Shown piece after piece: positions 59,700-64,000 of a stretch of DNA of 64,000 nucleotides (position 1 is the first letter of the stretch; the number at the start of each line of letters is the position of its first letter). Source of the DNA: Marsupella aquatica (taxonomy: Eukaryota > Plantae > Marchantiophyta); assembly GCA_973895155.1 (NCBI GenBank), contig OZ316893.1, positions 3,392,490-3,456,489 of the forward strand, written 5' to 3'. The translations under genes were made by a program, and so were the position numbers. Below the pieces are notes generated by a model, which had not been told where the DNA came from, searched no databases, and was given only the letters and a program-made list of their open reading frames with translations.

Positions 59700-62342
59700 G
59701 ACCTCAAGTTCTAGTAAAGCCATCCTAACCCAAGGGTTATAACCCAAGATGACAGTCACACAATTGATGTTAAACATAGACGACAATCGCAACGACAAGC
59801 TCATGAACCATCCAACACACAAGAGTCAACACAGAGAGATACGTGGTTCATCTCCACATGACGTTACGTCCATGGGAACACACATGAGCTTAACTGCACT
59901 CTAGGCCGACCTGTCATACCAATTAGTTTAATCCTAGTTAATCTAGCTTTTTACTATATTTACTTCCAAAATATGTGTATGATCTACCCAGGCCTCAAGA
60001 AATTTTATTTCAATTTTGCGAGTACTCTTTCATCATGAGCACTTGTAAACAAAAACAAATACCTCTCTATATATACCTACCAAAACTTACCTCCCCTCTA
60101 TACCATCATGCCTTATGCTTCACATGGCACCTTTTGGTTGTATTTTCCCCTTGACCTTTCTAAAGTAATCTATGATCCTTGGGTCCTCACTTCTTTCCTT
60201 TTGTCCCCGGGCCCGTCGTTAGCAAAGAAGTATGGGGTTGAAGAAAAATATGGGTCTTTTAATCCATGTCACGCGATTGACATGGGTCTTAACACCAAAA
60301 ACGTCACTATGGGTGCCAAAACCATCTCCTTGTACCTGAGGATCACGAAGGGATGTTGTGAATGCCGGTAAACACCAGTTTATGCCCTTAACACCAGACT
60401 ATCATAGCAAGACTCTATCACACATCACCCAAGCTCAATCCCAAGGAACCGAGGTTGGGGATCAGATCTGCGCTCATGATAGTTCTGGTGAGAAGGGGTC
60501 TTCATATCGGGCCCGTACACACAGGGCCTAGCGCTACGGTGCGCATAGGTCTATACATATGCTTACTGTCATAGGTATGTTTCTATTCCGCCGCCGGAAT
60601 GTACCCATAAACTAGTGACTCCTGACTGATTCCCGGCTTAGGGACTTCTAAGCCATTGCCCCACCACTCTGCCATTCCACTCGCAACAATCAGAGCTATG
60701 ACAGTCCTCACCCAGCCCGCTTCAATGCACCCGGTACACCTCTCAGTGGCGCTGCTAGTTCCATCATACACTCAGATTGCCTCACACACACACACATCCA
60801 CGAGAGAAATGAGGCCTGAGAGGAAAACTCAATTAGATTCAAAGATGTGCACAATAGTTCACTGAGAACACTTGATCCGAACACTAGGGCCGAAGGCTGT
60901 CTCCTCCAGATTGTGACGTGCTTGCCCTGCAAGCCTCGTGCTTGCCATGCAAGCTCAATCCTGAACTCAACCTCCTTCACTGCACTTCATTCTTGGGGGC
61001 ACATACAGATCTCACACCTCCAATTCAGAACGTCAAGTTACGCATGCATAGTTGACTCGACTTCAAAGCTGGTACCAGGCCTAACGGCGATCTATCCCAG
61101 ACTGCAATGAGGCCCGGCCTCATGCTTGCCCTGCAAGCTCAGCTCTGGCCATAGATCCCTTAGTGCTCTCCACCAGACAAAGGCCGGGACTCCCCATGGA
61201 TCACGTAGCCTTGCCAGACTGAACTGTAAATGCTCCTCCTGCTGCCCCTTAATCAGTACCTCAGCCTCCCTAATGTGCCCACCGCAAATCGAATTGAAAT
61301 CCTCCCCACAGTTTACAATCACCAATACATCACCTATCACCAAGGCTCTGTATCGGGGGAAAAGAACCCAGTTGTGCTGCCCACTAGAAAGAGCCACAAT
61401 CCAGCTCACAAACCTAGCAACCCGTTGCTGTGAAGCTTGGCTGATTACTCCCTGAGTAATAGCACAACCAAGCTCTCCCCAACACGCAGCGTCCAAGTCC
61501 AGCCTTGCTTGCACAGAGCTCCTCCCCGCTACTCAGTCTAAGTGAGATCACACAACTGAAGTCCCCCCCCATCTCTACCGGGGGGCTGCTCTATATACTC
61601 TCATACTGAGCCCAAATGGCTGGGTACTACGCTGCTGGAGCCCTATCCCAGCCCTAACAGAGCCGCCACTATCTCTAACTACTGAACCCTAACTCGCAAC
61701 TTTATTTCTATCTCGAATTGGCTATGTACTTCGGATTCGGCCCTCCTCCATGGTTTTCGCGAGCTTGCGCCTCCTCTCCCGATTTCTCTATTTAACCATT
61801 TTCTGCATGGATAGCAGCGTTGGAAGCGGCTTGAGCTCCTCTTTCCAACGAGGTCAATTATAGCCGATTTGGTCAAATACATAGAGAGTTATGCCCCCGC
61901 AACCGAGAGGGGGTACTCACTGCTGCGCTAACCCGAGTTACATAGCTAACCCGAGTTTGGCTAACCTAGCTATCCTATCTAACCCGAGTAGAGCTAACCC
62001 GTGGGCTCGGGTTAGGCCGCTACCCGCTATCCGCTATCCGCTAACCTAGCCTAAGCTGAGCCCGAATCCGAGCTTACCTATGCTAACCTGAGGCCGCGCT
62101 GACCTGAGCTAAGCTGAAGCCGTGTTGACCTGAGCTAAGCTGAAGCCGTGCTGACCTGAGCTAAGCTGAAGCCGTTCTTACCTGAGATAAGCTGAAGCCG
62201 TGCTTACCTAAGCTAAGCTGAAGCCGTGCTGACCTGAGCTAAGCTGAAGCCGTGCTCACATAAGCTAAGCCGTGGTCGAGCTTGGGTTAACCCGAAACTG
62301 AAGCCGAATCCGCTAATTCCGGCCACAAGTTAACCCGTCACA
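59700..62342 (-). mobile_element. Probable long LTR or LTR-retrotransposon remnant
   Basis: Minus strand begins TGTGACGGG at 62342; contains a TATA-like motif (~61590) and tandem repeats. There is no coding domain, and the other end and TSD were not found. Confidence 0.35.
62098..62272 (+). repeat. 25-bp minisatellite (~7 copies)
   Basis: GCTGACCTGAGCTAAGCTGAAGCCGT units. Confidence 0.9.
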
Positions 62343-64000
62343 CTAATCAGGCCGTATCTTTCTTAATACACCTCTGTTTCTCGAGTGTTTTATATCGATT
62401 TTACTCGCCTTGACCAGATCTTTCCAATGCTCTTTACAGATCCGGATTTGGTGACATATTGAAAGAGATATGGTCACCGACCACCTGCGACATAGCTTTT
62501 ATTTCCCTACTCTTAACGCCATGATTGCCCTTATTCTTGCCATCTTGCTAATTGTTATGTAATATCAATAGCTACTCCTTGCATACAGCAACCTACTTAA
62601 TCAGATTACAAAATAAGGACCATGTCATTGGCGTCACAATCCAATTTGAGAATTATAAGACCTATAGTGGGTTTTTAATCATTCCTAGAATATTCTGTAA
62701 ATATAGTAAACATTTACTTTCTTTTCTTAAGTTTTAGGGTGTTATTACTTGAAAACTTTGCGTGTAATATGGAACTTCATGATATGGGACTGCATGATAT
62801 GGGGTGAGGCCCCCAGCCTATGATACCAGTATTGCAAGTCAAACTCAAACTTATAAAGAAAAGCCACAAACAATATGGGCTTCACTTGGTGCATCAATTT
62901 GTCTATGTTTACATTTATGAAGTAGAAAATGATACTTTTACTACTAGTTGCATTGAATATTTGAATGGTTGTTCTTGCATGGAGAAAGCAAACAATGATA
63001 TTTGTAGTGCTAGCCGAATATATTATAGATGTTCTCTAGCAAGGAAACTTAATACTATATATATTATAGATGTTCTCTAGTGAGGAAACTTAACACAAAT
63101 GAATACAAGTATCATTACTGACATTAGAGACATCATGGTGTTTTTATACAATATCAATATTTGCATTATAAACATGGTGTCGGACCAAAAGTACCCAAAA
63201 TTTAGCTATAAAGAGTGCAAGTGCAATACTGACAGACTGTATTGTTGTTAACATTGCAAATGTTGACATTCAGTAAGTATTGTCCCGACTTGAACTGGAA
63301 TAGAGATGAGGATCACAGAGTGTCGACCCTCCATGATGGCAGCTCACCAAAGCTTCTTCAAGTAATTGAAGATTTGGAGCTGGCCGTTTCACCATAGCCC
63401 TCAACCCTTGATGACAGCAGTTGACATCTTCACAGGCAGCCTCCCTAATCCATTGACTTTGTTCACATGCCCATTCACATGCGGCCCCTACTCTAGCGAT
63501 TCTCTTCACATGCGGCCTATTTTCAAATACGGCACACTACTCCAAGCACTTCTCCAACCCCATCCCCATTTTTCACCCCCACCCCTAATTAGATTATCGC
63601 TCCCTAAGTCCTTGATAACTCATGATTATCTCAAAATTGATAGCTAAGAGATCAGAGCGTGGGCATCAAACAAGGAGTACCCAAAACCAAAGGATGAATG
63701 CAAATTCTATACATGTATAGCTATTTGTATTGCAATGTATTGAGCCATTTTTACAGAAAGTTTAAACTAAGAATATATTTAGCTTAGTGGATGCAAATTG
63801 AAATATATGAATGTTTGGGCTCATTTTGAAGCTAGAAATGAGCCTCATCTAATGCTTTTGTTATACTCTCAATACGAGCTTCACATGAAAATTTATTATT
63901 TGGATACAGATATTTCTCTCCAAGCAAGTAAATATTTCTCTTCAAACAAGTAAATAAGAGATCTCTGGAGAGATACCAGCCCTCACATCAATTAAACAAG

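Noticed and set aside
12058-62272. Short tandem arrays (12058-12265, 15867-16065, 42778-43230, 62098-62272) as CRISPR-like arrays
   Set aside because: The units are degenerate and head-to-tail, without unique constant-length spacers; there are no cas genes and the context is eukaryotic TEs.

Overview
This is eukaryotic nuclear DNA with spliceosomal introns and chloroplast-import genes, most consistent with a non-seed land plant (inference). The host genes are a TAG-lipase with an inverted pseudogene copy, two head-to-head intronless Toc159/132/120-family paralogues, an SUV3-like helicase, a PMEI-PME pectin methylesterase and a DOXC 2OG-Fe(II) dioxygenase. The ~20 kb between the Toc paralogues is a transposon nest. 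The standout is a 9.8-kb Ty3/Gypsy-type retrotransposon (14939-24711). Its pol carries a DNMT3-like C5-cytosine methyltransferase between protease and RT, and a PHD finger after the integrase. Its terminal repeats are not a normal LTR pair but a split A-[ORFs]-B-A-B arrangement, with TGTC...GACA ends, a 4-bp ACTC target duplication and a palindromic B|A junction (GACA-GC-TGTC). The window also holds a decayed Crypton-like tyrosine-recombinase element split by a solo LTR, a CRE-like REL-endonuclease non-LTR retrotransposon, non-autonomous Helitrons and two notable hairpins. All calls come from reading motifs by eye; no database search was run.
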